A stretch of 64,000 nt of DNA from Tubiluchus corallicola (Eukaryota > Animalia > Priapulida). The stretch is taken from assembly GCA_030141605.1 (NCBI GenBank), contig JAQGDQ010000349.1:62001-126000 (forward strand). The letters run 5' to 3'. Position 1 is the first letter of the stretch; each line of letters opens with the position of its first letter. Shown piece by piece: positions 13,668-27,170 of the stretch. The translations under genes and the position numbers were made by a program. Under the pieces are notes generated by a model that worked only from the letters and a program-made list of their open reading frames with translations, was not told the origin of the DNA and ran no database searches.

Positions 13668-14067
13668 CAGGGCCTATTTCAAGGGGGGGGGGGGATGGGG
13701 ATACTTCCCCGGGGCCTCACACTCCAGGGGGCCTCGCGCCAAGGTAACTTTTTTTGCTTTATGCGAACATACTGCCTCCTCTCTCTCTCTCTCTCTCGCT
13801 CGCTCGCTCTCGCTCTTGCCGCACGCGCTCCGTTTGCCAGTATTGACAAGTTTTAAGGACTGGTCTTGAGAATAAAGCAGTTTTTCTTTCAATTGTTCTT
13901 TCCTTTAACAACTGTATAACTCCATATTTTCTCTTCAAAAATGCTTCTCCGGCGTTCTAGCAATTCAAACGTTTTCTGGGCACCAACCACGGTAGCGCCC
14001 GCCCCCGGCGCCCCCCCCCCCCCCCCGAAGGGCCTTCACACGCCCCACTTCCCCGGGCCTCGCCTAG
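13668..14067. mobile_element. GC-rich hAT-like MITE, right TIR apparently lost
   Basis: starts CAGGGCC; GGGGCCTC subterminal motifs at both ends; flanks ACAAGAGT / GCAAGAGT. Confidence 0.55.
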
Positions 14068-16084
14068 GCAAGAGTTACCTCTTGAGTGATCGTACACGTT
14101 AATTAAAGCCATGGCTATTAATAACATTACAGTTTGTTTGCAAATGTATCTAACAAAGAAATAAATTTGTGACGTCACAATTCATTCAGAATATAACACA
14201 GTGATGACGTCACAAGGCACAGACACAACGCACCATTAGCAAATGTTAATCTGCATGTTAATCGAGCTGGCTATAATTCACCAGATGTAAACCGGATTTG
14301 CGCTGATGAGCTGGCTTCCTGTCTTACTCCCTCACAATATTCACTTTCCTGCTCCATTGTTCACTATTGAAACATCAGAAATGTCAGCATATTCCTGTTA
14401 ATAAGGTGACCTTTCCTGTTACGGCTGAGATTACATTTTTAGCAACGCTTACCAATCAAAAATACAATTAAAATGTCATTTAGCGACGTAAAAAATAAGG
14501 CTACTATAACCTAATTAAAATTATAGTTACATGTGTGTGGTTATAAAAAAATACATATATCGTACAAAATGCAAAAAATAATTCTAGCGTGATATTTACT
14601 AGTAACTGCTTTCTTTGAGATCAACCTCAATATTTAATTTTATTTAAAAGAAAGAGCTGTTTTGGTTTTAAGGCTACACATTTTTAGTTTGAAGATAAAC
14701 AAAATAACGATTAAAGCAAAACCGGACCCAATCTTAAACTGTAGGTCAAAACAACCTGCCCTTTAAAATATTGAAAGGAAACATACTATTTTTTCAAAAA
14801 CGACTCATGTCATTGATGTCAAAGAATTATTGCCACACAAACACAAAATCGCGTTCACGCCATTAGTTGTTCGCTGTTACATGCATTTCGTCATTCGGTA
14901 GTTAGACGAGAACTAGCGCCTGCATTTCGGAAACGCATGGCAAAAAACAGGTGCTGTACCTCTCAGTTCAGATGTGTTACTTTCTGACGAAGTACACACG
15001 TTCGACAGCTCATGCTTGAGCACAGCGATGAATTTGAAATTTGAATTTTGATCTTAAAACTTGCCTAGTTTTAGTACAACACACTGAATATCTTACAGTA
15101 GCACTGCATTTCAATTTTCTCTTTCGCAAACGAGTGCAACATGTTCGTGGAATATTTTTGCTGTTGAAAATTACGCTAGTTTGTGATGTCATCAATAGTT
15201 GGGCTCGCCCGCCGTTAATTAAAATTTTAATCTATTAATTAATTATCAGAAACGCTTTTGCAGTATTAATCTTGTTAAAATGTGCACTCTTTATCAGACT
15301 TGAAAATGGAGTGGTATAGTTAGTATATGTAGAATCATCCTGTCTTCTTTTAAGATCATTGGACTAAGGATTAAGCAAATGTTCACAGAACCGTTTTGAA
15401 AAAACGACAAACAAAAGTGGTAATAGAATACTGTGGATAAGTTTACTCGACAATGCTATGTTTACTTCTCTTTGCTATGTTATTCTTTTATCCAAAAATG
15501 TTTTGCTTCTGTATATAGCTCAGTCATGTTTTAGTAAATTGGAAACCTCCTAATACCTAAGTCTAAATGTCTTGCAAAAATTCTTTGCTGCTGCAGTTAT
15601 ACAGAATGAAGGCTCATCAGATTAGACAAAAATTGTATGTTTGCATTTTAACTAATTGCAAAATGACAGAAAATTGGCCGGTTGCAGCACAAGTTACAGG
15701 GATTGCTTTGTGTTTCTAAATTATCCTACATTTCAAAATTTGCAGCAACGAGCACAAACCAAGAAACATTTAATTTCGCATTTTCATAACCAATAAATTC
15801 GCAAAGACAACAAATAAGCACGAAGATCAGACTGCAGAATTTTTAGAATTTTTACAGTCACATTTTACTACAGGGTTGGATTCACTTTTGCTCAGTACAT
15901 ATAATTTACAGACTTGACTTCAAAAATCTTGTTAGAACTTGCGTTACAGAAAATTAGAACTGCTTTATTGCTACCCAAGGTGAGTTTGAGAACCGCTGGT
16001 CAAAGGTCCACAAGACAAAAAACATTTGATAACAGCCTAAAAGATTACTAGTACCACCACTTAAAATAGTTCCGCTTTTTAGTT

Positions 16085-16317
16085 ACTTGCATTATTGCCA
16101 GTGATTTGATCAAATATTAGCTTAGAAACAAAGTGCTAGAAAAATGCGGAACTGGTGATTACGTCACCGTCGGGTACAACTTTCCAATGAAAAGAATTAC
16201 TTTTTACTGACTTGCATTATTGCCAGTGATTTGATCAAATATTAGCTTAGAAACAAATGCTAAAAAATGCGGAACTAGTGATTACGTCACCGTTGGGTAC
16301 AACTTTCCAATGAAAAG
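16085..16317. repeat. tandem duplication, ~110-bp unit x2
   Basis: ACTTGCATTATTGCC...CCAATGAAAAG at 16085-16194 and 16210-16317. Confidence 0.92.
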
Positions 16318-19300
16318 GATGTTTAATGTGCCTCTCTCGCGCAAACATTTGTTGAGTCAAAGATTGTAACACAGCCGCGGTACCGTGTGACATTGACAGT
16401 GAAACCTCAACACTTGCCAAATTCTAAACTTGTTCATTATTGAGATAACACGTGATATTATGACGTCATGACGGGGTTGTGTATCTCTGCGGCTCTTTTG
16501 ATTCGGGGTAGAGGGCACTTTTCTTCATAAGTTGTCTTTGTTTTCTGATTTGCAATAACGCTGTGCATTACGTTTTTCTTTGCCTCCCCCGCAAATTCTT
16601 ATACTGAAATCCTTCCTTCCCCTTTCACGCGAAGCCATGCATTACAACCTCTTCAAATCCGCCGAAGGTTATCATCCAACAATCATTTCATAAACGAGCT
16701 ACCCGTTTGCGTGGGAGAGAAAATAAACTGAACAAAAGGGCGTGTCCAGGATGCCGGAACCGGAAATGCTTCCTGAGGAAGAAAAAGTCGTAGACAAGTG
16801 CAAATTTAGCGCGCACAAATTAGGCGCAATAATATGGGCATTTATAGAAGCTGCCGGATGAGTTTAAAAAGATTGTACTTGGTTCGTTAGAGGGGGTGCC
16901 GCCCTCTGCCGCCAGTAAGGGAATTTCGCTCAATCAGTGAAGTTTTTCTTAGCCAGAATTCGCCAAATTTGTCTGTAATATAGCAATAATAACATGATAA
17001 TATGTTTAGCATAATTTATGGTGGCTTCTCAGTGCAACTTGTCAAGTTTGTTGATCAAAAAGCCTATAGGGTAGAAAACAGTTAAACGTGCGTGTCAAAA
17101 GCTTGTAGAAAAAAGTTATGCATATCACACATCATGCTACTCTTTGTTCTAATACACGAAAGAACTGGTGATTGATCGAACGAACGAGTGAGCGAACGAA
17201 CGAACAAACGAGCAAACAAACAAGCAAAATTGATTGATTAAACAAGCAAAAAGAAAGCGACTGGAAGGATTTTAAACGAACAACCGGTACCAAAGAAACC
17301 AATCAATCAAACATCCAACATATCAACTAACAAAGCAGCTAGCCAGCCAGACATTATCGGCTAGTCAGCCGGTTGACCAAAGCAGGAAAGAACGAGCAAG
17401 CCTGCTAACCGACCAACCATCTATCCATCAACGTGCCAGACAGCTAGAAAGCCAAACAACCAAATAACCAACAAACGCTTTAATTTATTGTTATTGAAAT
17501 TGCTAAGAAACTGCCAAATAGACAGAACCAACTCACTCACTGACCAACCGACTCACCGGAAAACTGACCGATTTGTTCTTGTTTATCTTTAAAAGGTTTT
17601 GGATTTTAAAATGTTGGCAGTTGAGAATTTTTACACACATTACACATTTTCAAAGGTAATTTACTTCACTATTTCATAATTAACCATGGACAGAATTTGT
17701 TTAATGAAGGTTGTTGCTTAAACTGTTACCAAAACTTACAAAGTTTTATCCTGATTTCGCTTGTACCGGATATTGAGGCTTCTAGGCTAATGAAATTATG
17801 CCCCCCTCAGACGAAGCCATACTCTAACTCGCCCGCACGGTATTTAATGTTTTTTACTCGTGATATATTTCAGTGGCATTTACGTAGCTTGAAGCAAGCT
17901 TATTGCGAATTTTCTAAATCAATTAGAATAGCTAGCTTTTGTTTGCCAATAAAAGTATTTTTCAAAAACACAGCTATTTTACTATTTATTGCAAATCAAA
18001 TTAAAACATATTTAAAAACAACTGTAATGAAAAAACGGATTTTTTATCAACTAATTTAATATTAACGAGGCTTTAGGACTTCAAGCTTGAAGGGCCCCAG
18101 ACTGCAACCTTTACTAGATAATCTGTGCAGGATAATCTGGCCCGCTTATACATAACTGGTGGGGCAACTACAGGACCCTGTTTATATTAACCTATGGTCT
18201 CTGTTAGACATCTCGTTAGTTTTTATTCCTCTCTCAACAGTTAGAGTGATTGTGACTATTTTCTGTTTCTGTGTTTTCATTTGTTGTGCCTCAGTAATTT
18301 TAATAAATGCTTGTACCCGTTTTTGTGTGTACATAAAAAAACGTAAAAATGAGCATTAGTATCTTCGTATGAGTTTTTTTACTTGACGATTAACCGCAGC
18401 GGTCGTTTCATTGCACTCTTTCATTGTTTTAAGTGGAGCATTTCTTTTGTCAGTATTACTGTTCTTATCATTGAGAATTAAACTTATGCTAGGAGCAAAC
18501 AGAAAAGGTGTTTTTAGAGTATTGCCTTGCTTGCAAAAGTTACGTGGTAGTTATTATAAATAATTTGTTGCGAATTTCGAGATATTGTGCGTTTATTTAC
18601 CTTGTAGGAAAGCTGGAATCGAAAAGGACAACTTCCAACCCCAAAAAAGACATAAATTAAGAACTATGATTATTTTTAGTATGTTGTTAATTATATCGCC
18701 TTGAAGTTATTAATCAGAAACCAAATTTTGCAAAAGGTTGATTATTTGTTTCAAACATAGAGGCACTGCTTATAAAATATGTCTACAACGTCAACGTATA
18801 AGTGACAAAACGTAAAATTAGAGATCTTTTAACTGAAGTGAGGCCTAGGGCTTACTAAGAGCATAAGCAGCAGCACATGTTGGCCCTATGAAGTTCATGC
18901 TGCTTACAACTTTCCATGTAAGGATTATAACCAACACCCTAGCGGCCGCTAGAGCAATCATTTATGCTTGATTACACACGAAGCTAGTCCAGTGAAGCGT
19001 GACCGCACTCTCCCGATTCGCCATATAATTGTTTCGTAAACGGATTCATTTAACGGCAGACGCTTGATGCTTCTAAATCGGGTTCCTTTTTTCTCGACTT
19101 TGCCTAATTCAAATTCCACTGCACATCTTGATGATATATAATGGTCATTGTCACCTAGACACTTGCAGTTAATTCCGCTGGACTGCACTGCTGAGCTGAC
19201 CAGAATGAGATGTCCAAAAATACTAGAATTTAGAAACTACGAGAGAAGGAAAGGTAATAACAATAACCCGAAAGTTGCTATTACTTGAGTGCAAGAAATA

Positions 19301-21244
19301 GGGAAATTGCAAATTGGGTGCAACTTCAAGAAGGATGATTCTGAAAACTGCAAAATCAAAATTACATCGACAGAAAGAATAATAATACCTGCAATAAATT
19401 TAATAAGCTATGGACTACGGAAGATGCATACTATGTCGTGTCGAAAGTAACTCGCAAGGAACTATTTAGTGACGCGTAGAAACATGGTAGTAAGTAGTTA
19501 AGTTAAGCAGAAAGCGTGCGAAGAACACGACTTTGTTTCGTCTTTTTTATAATATTTTGAGTTTCACGGAAGTATAAGGTTTCTGTTACGTTAAATCTTG
19601 AGTTGCTACCAAGTTAATTTCTGTGAACTAAAACGATCATCTAGAAATCAAATGAAGTAATATGAAACGTGGACGCCAAGAAGGAAAAAATATTAAACGC
19701 TTTCCTACATGTCGTTAATGAGTGTTAAGTACTGCTGGGTACTTTTTGCCCAGTATTTGCAAAGTAGAAGTAACCTTGCAACGCACTGCTCACTCTCTTA
19801 TTTTTACAATTTAACAAGATCAAGTACAGCTTGTTGTTTATTGTCCAGTATTTACAAAGCAAGAGTAAAATACAACTTGCTGCTTATTGCCTATTAGTCA
19901 CAAAACAAGATTAAAGTGGAAACTGCAGCTTACTACAGGCAACAAAATTGAAACAGAGTTCTGTTCTTTACTATTTCAAAAGATTACTATTACTATTATA
20001 AATCAAAACTGACAGCTTGCTATACAAATACTATCAAATTTCTGTGCAACTTGTCGCGTAGTATTCAATACAAAATTAGAGATCAACTTACTATTTACTG
20101 CCATCAAAACAAAGCAAACTTATCACTGATCGCATAGAACACAAAAACAATGACAAGTGTTCTGATTTCTGTTTCTGTTCAACGCTGTGATTAATTGAGT
20201 ATCATATATTACCGGGATGACATCATGTCATCTGTCACCAGACACACAGCAGTGACTTTGTCAATAAACAGGTCATAAATAACGTTAATTAGAGACAACG
20301 TTTTATGAAATTAGACCATTTCTGAAGATGAATTGAAGGCTCGTGTGTCTAACCATAGTGAGAGCTCAGTCATATTATAAGACAAAATTGTACACAAGTC
20401 ATCACTAACATGTGCACAGCACTTGGTTAGAGCTTCCAATATTTTTCTCATTACATAAAGGAATTTTGTGGTTGACAAAATCACTTGCTCATCCACAACA
20501 CTAGCAGTTACTGGAAGACATTTCTTTATTTGCGTATAAGTCTCAATCACTCTCTGCACAAAAGACAAGATGAAGATGGTAATATCGGTGATGATTGTGA
20601 TCATGAAGCTGATGAGCATTAGAACGATGAACCGTCGAGTGGCTGAACAACCAGCCAAGGGGGCACAAAAAGTCATTCGGTCATAATCGACTGTGGCTAT
20701 AAGTTAATGACTTGGCTGCATTGGAAATAAGGCTGAGGCCCAGCCACCACTTGACAATTGTACTGAGTACCACATACCGCTTTAGGTCACAAATACTTCT
20801 GTACTGCACATGGAATTGTGAACGCAGTACATGCTAAGACCAACAAGAGAAAAATCCTGCCACGACATCCGTGAATTATTGTTACTGATTAATACACTTC
20901 GTATTGGTGTAATTACCAGATAATTTTTGTTAACTTTTATCCACTTAGCAGACTTTTTAGCACTCTGATAGTGCGATACTGCAAAATGAATAAACTTGTG
21001 AACGTAGGGAAAATACTTGCGTCATCAGTAAAAAGATGTGTATTGAAATAAACAATAACAATCAACATAACTAATTCAATTAATAATTGATTAATGAATA
21101 ATTATTAATTAATAATAAGTCAACATAATTAATTCAAATAAGAAAAATAGCAGTGATCCTGGGGTGGAACTTTGTGGTGTACCACGGTATGAACTGTGTA
21201 TATTTATTATATATTATAGCACAAATATTATAGCATATACGTGG

Positions 21245-21246
<2 letters not shown>

Positions 21247-21333
<87 letters not shown>

Positions 21334-21338
21334 TGTGT
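21247..21338. repeat. (TG)n microsatellite
   Basis: visible directly. Confidence 0.95.
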
Positions 21339-21799
21339 AATATACATGTGCTGTACTCCGTATAGCTGTTGTTTTCTCAAGTTAATGAGGGTTCAAAAAT
21401 CAAAACCTTTCAGGAAAGTCTCATCATGACATCACTTAGCCCCCAACAAGTTAAAATATAAACCATGACTCTGTATTACTTGACCATTCTAAAATTGTGC
21501 CAACTGCGCATGTGCAATGGGACACTCATGCAAGTGAGCTAACAAAAATCTCGCCAAGTTCTAGAAGCAAAGGGTTTCTGCATTATAGACAATAATGATC
21601 CAATCATCATAATGACTATTAGTTAGGCGGAGATGTAATTTCTTGGTTTGGTAATGTCGGCTTAATTAGAAGAAAGGTCAGCTCATTAACATTAGCAAAA
21701 CTGGCTTCATTTGTGAGCTCACCTCTTCCGCATTAACAATGACAAAAAAGCCAAGCTGGAATATTGGATTATATTAATAACGGATTGTAAAGAGCTATA

Positions 21800-22260
21800 A
21801 ATCTCCTCCCGAGAGTCCCACCGGGCGCCGCTAGAACGTTTTTCCCGCAGGCTGTTTGGTCAAAATTTCGAAAAAATCGCGAGTTGGGTCCGGGAAAACG
21901 CCCGTTGCGGGACGCCGTGGCCCTCTCGGGAATTCTAAATATGCCTACTACACCTACCGCTGATCGGGCTATCTATCCATACCCAGCACCCCCCTCGGCC
22001 CGTTCCCGTTCTCTACATCTCAGCCGTATAACTTTTGCAATTTTTTGCAAAAAACGGCCGAAAAACGGCCATTTTGGGAGGTTTTTCGCCCCCCGTTCCT
22101 CCCGGTGGGCCCGATTCGAAAAATAAACCATCAACGGCACGACACTAGATCGAGACCTTTCGTTTGATATATAGATCGCCGCAAATGGTGCCCTCGTCCG
22201 GGCTGTAGCCTCGAATCTTATATATATATATATATACCAAGAATATTAATATAAGAGATT
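21800..22260 (+). mobile_element. GC-rich non-autonomous element, Helentron/HINE-like
   Basis: sharp GC-rich island; ends AATCTC...GAGATT; GACCTTTCGTTTGATATA motif and internal (TA)n near the 3' end; shares a core with the 23171 and 24322 copies. Confidence 0.55.
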
Positions 22261-23170
22261 AGTAGATAGTTGTGGATAGGAGTGCTTTTTACAAAATAGC
22301 AACGAAAAGATGTTTTTTCTGGACTTCAATGTGACAGGCCGACCATTGAAAATGAAACTGGAAAGCAAAGTAATAGTAATAATAGTAATAGTAATAGTAA
22401 TTTATTTTCCTCCATAAATATAAAATGATTTGACAATAAAATACACAAAAATACAAACGAACATGGGAGAAAGGGTGGCGAAAAACCAAAGGTTATCGAG
22501 TCAACCACCCTTCTCAAAGGACAGTAAACAAAAGGACGCTAATGACAGCAGACGCAACTATATTAAAAAATACATCAACGTGCAGAAATACAAAAACAAA
22601 AATACAACAACAGCAAAAAAAAACAAAAATCAAAAACCAAAAACCATGACAAAATTATGAACTACTAAGCAACTCATTGAAAATACCTCACAATTGTTTC
22701 TGAGTGAAATCATTATGTCCATTTTGCTGACTGTGTTTGCCTGTAATATAAGAATCATGTTCATTATTGTACAATATAGAAAGTGAGTTTGCACCTTATA
22801 AAAAATGTTTTTCAGCAAAAGTTACCACAAGAATGTACATCTAATGGACAAAAAACTGATTTATTTGTAAGTTTCAAGAAGTGCCTTAGCGTACTGTTTA
22901 TTTAGTGAATGCAGAGGTGAAGAAGTTATATGAGTCGAATATATAAACAACATCATCACCTCTTTCATTGGAATGTACTATTAACATAAATAAAGGTGTT
23001 GCTCTTGCAATCCCTGCCACCATTACTACCACTATCACACTCACAATCGCCATATCACACTCACATTGTAGCTTGGTGCAAAATGCACTTTAATCTTGTT
23101 TTATAAGTGTTGGGCTGTTAGCACCAATCTGCATTTGGCACAGAGGTACAAACCTAGTGAAACATAGAGG

Positions 23171-23550
23171 TCTCTCCTAGTGAAACCTTCAACATTTTGT
23201 AGAACGCTTCGTCGTCTTTCTGCTGGTGTGCTTATTTTTCCCCAACATGCCCGAACAGTTGCAAAAATTGAGTTTTTCTAGAGGTTTGTTTGAGCAGTTT
23301 TCTGCAAAATTTGCGTGGTTTTGTCCGGGAAAATGCCCGTCACGGGACGCCGTAGCCCTCCCGCGAATATGACTATAACACCCACCGTTGAACGGGCTAT
23401 CTCCATTAGCAGCAGCGCTTTCAAACATAAATGTATGCAACACCCTATTGTTCTGTCTGTTCGCAACAAACAAAAGGTAATTGAGGATAGAACAACAAAA
23501 TAACAAACAACAAACTGAATGACGGCCACAAACAAGCGATTAGGCTTCAT
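23171..23550 (-). mobile_element. non-autonomous element copy A (left arm of inverted pair)
   Basis: reverse complement of 24322-24700 with high identity. Confidence 0.8.
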
Positions 23551-23586
23551 CGTCATCATCATCATCATCATCAGCATCAGCATCAG

Positions 23587-23629
<43 letters not shown>

Positions 23630-23643
23630 AGCAGCATCATCAG

Positions 23644-23681
<38 letters not shown>

Positions 23682-23682
23682 G
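23548..23682. repeat. (CAT)n/(CAG)n microsatellite
   Basis: visible directly. Confidence 0.93.
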
Positions 23683-24321
23683 TATTGTATGGTAGTTGTT
23701 GTCGTTCACTGTTTCATCTCCAGCAAAATTCCTTTGTTTTCAGCAGCAGTAAGAACAACCAAATGAAACCACTACGGTTGTCACGTGAGTGATTAGTATT
23801 CCTGACCGCCACTTCTTGTTAAATAGCTTGTTAGGAAGTCATTACTCGTCTTTATGGCTTCCGCCCACGCAATGACGCCGCGAGTCAGTGAGCTGCGTAA
23901 TCGACCATACAAACCCGTCCCTGAAATAGATTCCTTAACACAAATGAAATAGTTTCCAATTAAGGATATGCAGCAGTGATAATCATGACGTGGTCAAGTT
24001 GAAGCCAGCGATGATGATAGTAGCGCTTTAGAAGCGTGTGAAGAATGCTAATAATTTCCTTCTCTATGATGCTCACTTGAGAGCACTTCCTGCGAGCAGT
24101 TGAACTGTAATCAGAGCTTTCTCGCTGTCATTGTGACAGTGGCGATCTGGGTTATTGTTCTCGGTTATTCGCGCGTGAACTAGTGACTTCTAATAGTTGG
24201 CCTCATAAAGCTCCACTTTCTCTGAGTTTGTAAAATGTCAAGCGTTCGTCATGGAGTCAAGTTAAAATATTTCATCGTTGTCGCTATGGTCAACAGCATC
24301 ATTGCCGATGTGATATGTTAT

Positions 24322-24700
24322 ATGAAGCCAAATCGCTTGTTTGTGGCCGACATTCTGTTTCATCTTTCTTCCATCCTCATTTGCCTTTTGTTTCTTAAAT
24401 TCCATAACAGAAAGACAGAACAATAGGGTGTTGCATACATTTGTTTTTGAAAGCGCTGCTGCTAATGGAGATAGCCCGTTCAACGGTGGGTGTTATAGTC
24501 ATTTTCGCGGGAGGGCTACGGCGTCCCGTGACGGGCGTTTTCCCGGACAAAACCACGCAAGTTTTCCAGAAAACTGCTCAAACAAACCTATAGAAAAACT
24601 CAATTTTTGCAACTGTTCGGGCATTTTAGGAAAAAATAAGCACACCAGCAGAAAGACGACGAAGCACTCTAAAAAATGTTGAAGGTTTCACTAGGAGAGA
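24322..24700 (+). mobile_element. non-autonomous element copy B (right arm of inverted pair)
   Basis: ATGAAGCC.AATCGCTTG...GGTTTCACTAGGAGAGA shared with copy A in the opposite orientation. Confidence 0.8.
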
Positions 24701-25521
24701 AGTCTAAAGCTTATTTATTAAGTTATTTTGCAGTTTAGTAGTTCAGTATGTTTATGTTCATCCTTTGTTATGATTATTATAATTACCCTGACTGGAGAAC
24801 AGTTGGAGCATGAGTAGGGCTTTTCATGATTGATATTACTATTGTTAATTAATTAGAGTTTACAATTAAAACTTTCATTGACTTCAACTTATTCGCTGAA
24901 ATGAAATATTCTAATCTAATCTCATCTAATTTAAAAGATCTATGTTCACACCATTTCTGCTCAGTTATGCATACTGGTTCGTTAAACAAAAGTGCCCTTC
25001 TGCAAAGTAACTCATAGTTATTGCTTTAGTAAACCGGCAATAGGTTTAAAATGACGTAACGGAACGTCATTAATTACACGCTCTGTTAATTATGACGTCA
25101 TTAATCACAATGCTTTGTTAATTATGACGTTCGAAAATGTGCAGAGATTTCTTTTGCGGTAGCAGCTGCCGCCGAGCTGAATTCAGTCACATCCTCCCCC
25201 GCAGTCGGCTACGCAGGTGTGATCGTGCGTGAAAAGTTATTTCTGTCATTTCGCACGAGCCACTCCACGCAAAATGTGCAACAAATTGCAGCCTTTCAGA
25301 TTAGCGGCGCGCTTTTAATAGTTTTCCAATAATCTCTGCAAATGATCGATGCGTGATAGAGTTAAAGAATCCCGGCTGAGGTGACGTCATCAGTCAAAGA
25401 AGCCAGTTCGTAAAGTGAAGGTGAATGCCGTTAGAGATACGCCGATAAAATTTTTGGAATAAGAGAAAGAGAAAAACGGCGGTAGTAGTGGGAGCTGAAA
25501 CAGTAGTAACTGGTGATAGTG

Positions 25522-25522
<1 letters not shown>

Positions 25523-25570
<48 letters not shown>
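25523..25570. repeat. (CAG)n microsatellite with degenerate flanks
   Basis: visible directly. Confidence 0.92.
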
Positions 25571-25573
<3 letters not shown>

Positions 25574-26165
25574 CACCTACAGCAACAACAGCAGCAATGG
25601 CGCCTACAATAGGAAGAGCAGGAGGAGCGGGAGCAGAAGTAGGAGTAGCAGCAGCAACAACAGCAGCCACCACCAACATTACCACAACTGCAATTGAATA
25701 CTACTCATTAAAAGGCTTCTAATAAAATATAACTAAATATGAATTATATACTCTACACAACACATTTTACACAGCACTTAATCCTTAATCCTTAAATGCT
25801 GCTTAATCTTCTTAATTCTTTCAACATGTTTCAAATCCTTACAACGCATAAAAAGTCTTGTGGTTAGAAACTTCTCGTTTGCCAAGGATTATTTTTTAAG
25901 ATTCAGTAGCTCCAAATTAAACATGGTTAAGCAGAATTTGGTTAAGTCATGTTTTCGGTTGATTGTCTGATATTAGCAGAATATACTTGACAATTAAACA
26001 GGTTCGGGTCCTGTCACAACAGGTGCATTTTTCTGCATTGCGCCAATGGTAAGCTAAAAATAATCGAAGATATGCGAACAGATGGCAAATAAATAAGATG
26101 AAAATTTAATTTAATTTCACAAAATGTTGCTATTATAGTACATAATTTGTATTGCAGTAGTAACA

Positions 26166-26300
26166 GTTGCTACTGCAATGTACGTAATGCATAGCCATTA
26201 AACTAAATTAATTTAAATTAAATTAAATTGAGCAACTGTTGCTACTGTAATGTACGTAATGCATAGCCATTAAGCTAAATTAATTTAAATTAAATTGAAA
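26166..26300. repeat. tandem duplication, ~72-bp period, ending in (AAATT)n
   Basis: GTTGCTACTGYAATGTACGTAATGCATAGCCATTAA occurs twice. Confidence 0.88.
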
Positions 26301-26559
26301 TTAAATTAAATTATTTACTTCGGAGTAATAAAACATGAAAAAGTGTAAATCTGAGCTTATTTTACAAGAGTTAAACCTCTCAGTAGCGGCATCTAGTGAC
26401 AATATTCAACATTTTCAGAACACATGAAAATTTATCTACCAAGAATTTAAGAATACTTGAACTTCAAAGATTCGTTGTGCGGCATTTGTGCTTCACAGCG
26501 ATTTTAAGGATATTGTAAAAAAACAATACATGAATCACGTTTTTGCAATTACTCAGGAG

Positions 26560-26565
26560 TTTATT
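26560..26565 (-). terminator. candidate polyadenylation signal AATAAA of the RhoGEF gene
   Basis: AATAAA on the minus strand ~365 nt after the stop, followed by a TG/T-rich tract. Confidence 0.5.
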
Positions 26566-26930
26566 TACAAAACTTTACACAATATGTACATCGATGTATC
26601 TGTGTTATACACAAATTGCAGATAAGATGCTAAAAAGTGTCCAATCATAATAAGAAAATGACTTTAGTGCATTAGATATGGGAAACGTGAAGTACAAACA
26701 GTAAACTACATTCAGTGACCACAGTGATTGTTAACAGATGTCCTATATGAACAACTAGATTTAAAGTTTTTTTCACTCAATAATAAACTTCAGTAATTAC
26801 TAAATAATCAGCAAAACTTATTGATGATTCAAAAATTGTATTTGAATGTTTACACCAAGTTAAAAAAGGGGAATTTAAGGTAGAAATTGTTTTTCTTTTA
26901 AAATTCAATCGCCAGATGGCGCCACAAGCT

Positions 26931-27170
26931 TCAGTCATCAGGTGTCATCTCGAGGGCCTCGTTTATCACCCCGTTTGACTCTTGCGGTCCTTTTGTCGCA
27001 ATCTTTTCACAATTTTTGCCACCAGGTGCCAGTAGAACATCAGGTCTAGCAGCGCTCTGTGGCTGGACCAGGAGTTGTGTTTTGCTCGACTTTCGTGGAC
27101 CAATAAATTTTGAGGTAAGTTCATATTTCCATTTATCAGTTGTTGACCTGAGCTTCTGAATCCAGGTTTT
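26931..27170 (-). CDS. PLEKHG7: terminal coding exon: [14 protein letters not shown]...EALEMTPDD*
   Basis: ttgtttag acceptor, PH C-terminal helix Trp, TGA at 26931-26933. Confidence 0.9.
   Translation of the reverse strand, partial: KTWIQKLRSTTDKWKYELTSKFIGPRKSSKTQLLVQPQSAARPDVLLAPGGKNCEKIATKGPQESNGVINEALEMTPDD

Noticed and set aside
16730-16920. Housekeeping-type promoter (CCGGAA ETS-like motifs, GC-rich)
   Set aside because: No associated exon or gene found; the motifs alone are insufficient
20311-20676. 121-aa ORF with a hydrophobic stretch
   Set aside because: No recognisable motif or splice support; more likely decayed repeat sequence
23189-24682. Two near-identical ~110-aa ORFs (…ESAAANGDSPFNGGCYSH…) as duplicated genes
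   Set aside because: They are chance ORFs within the inverted repeat arms, with non-ATG starts and differing N-termini
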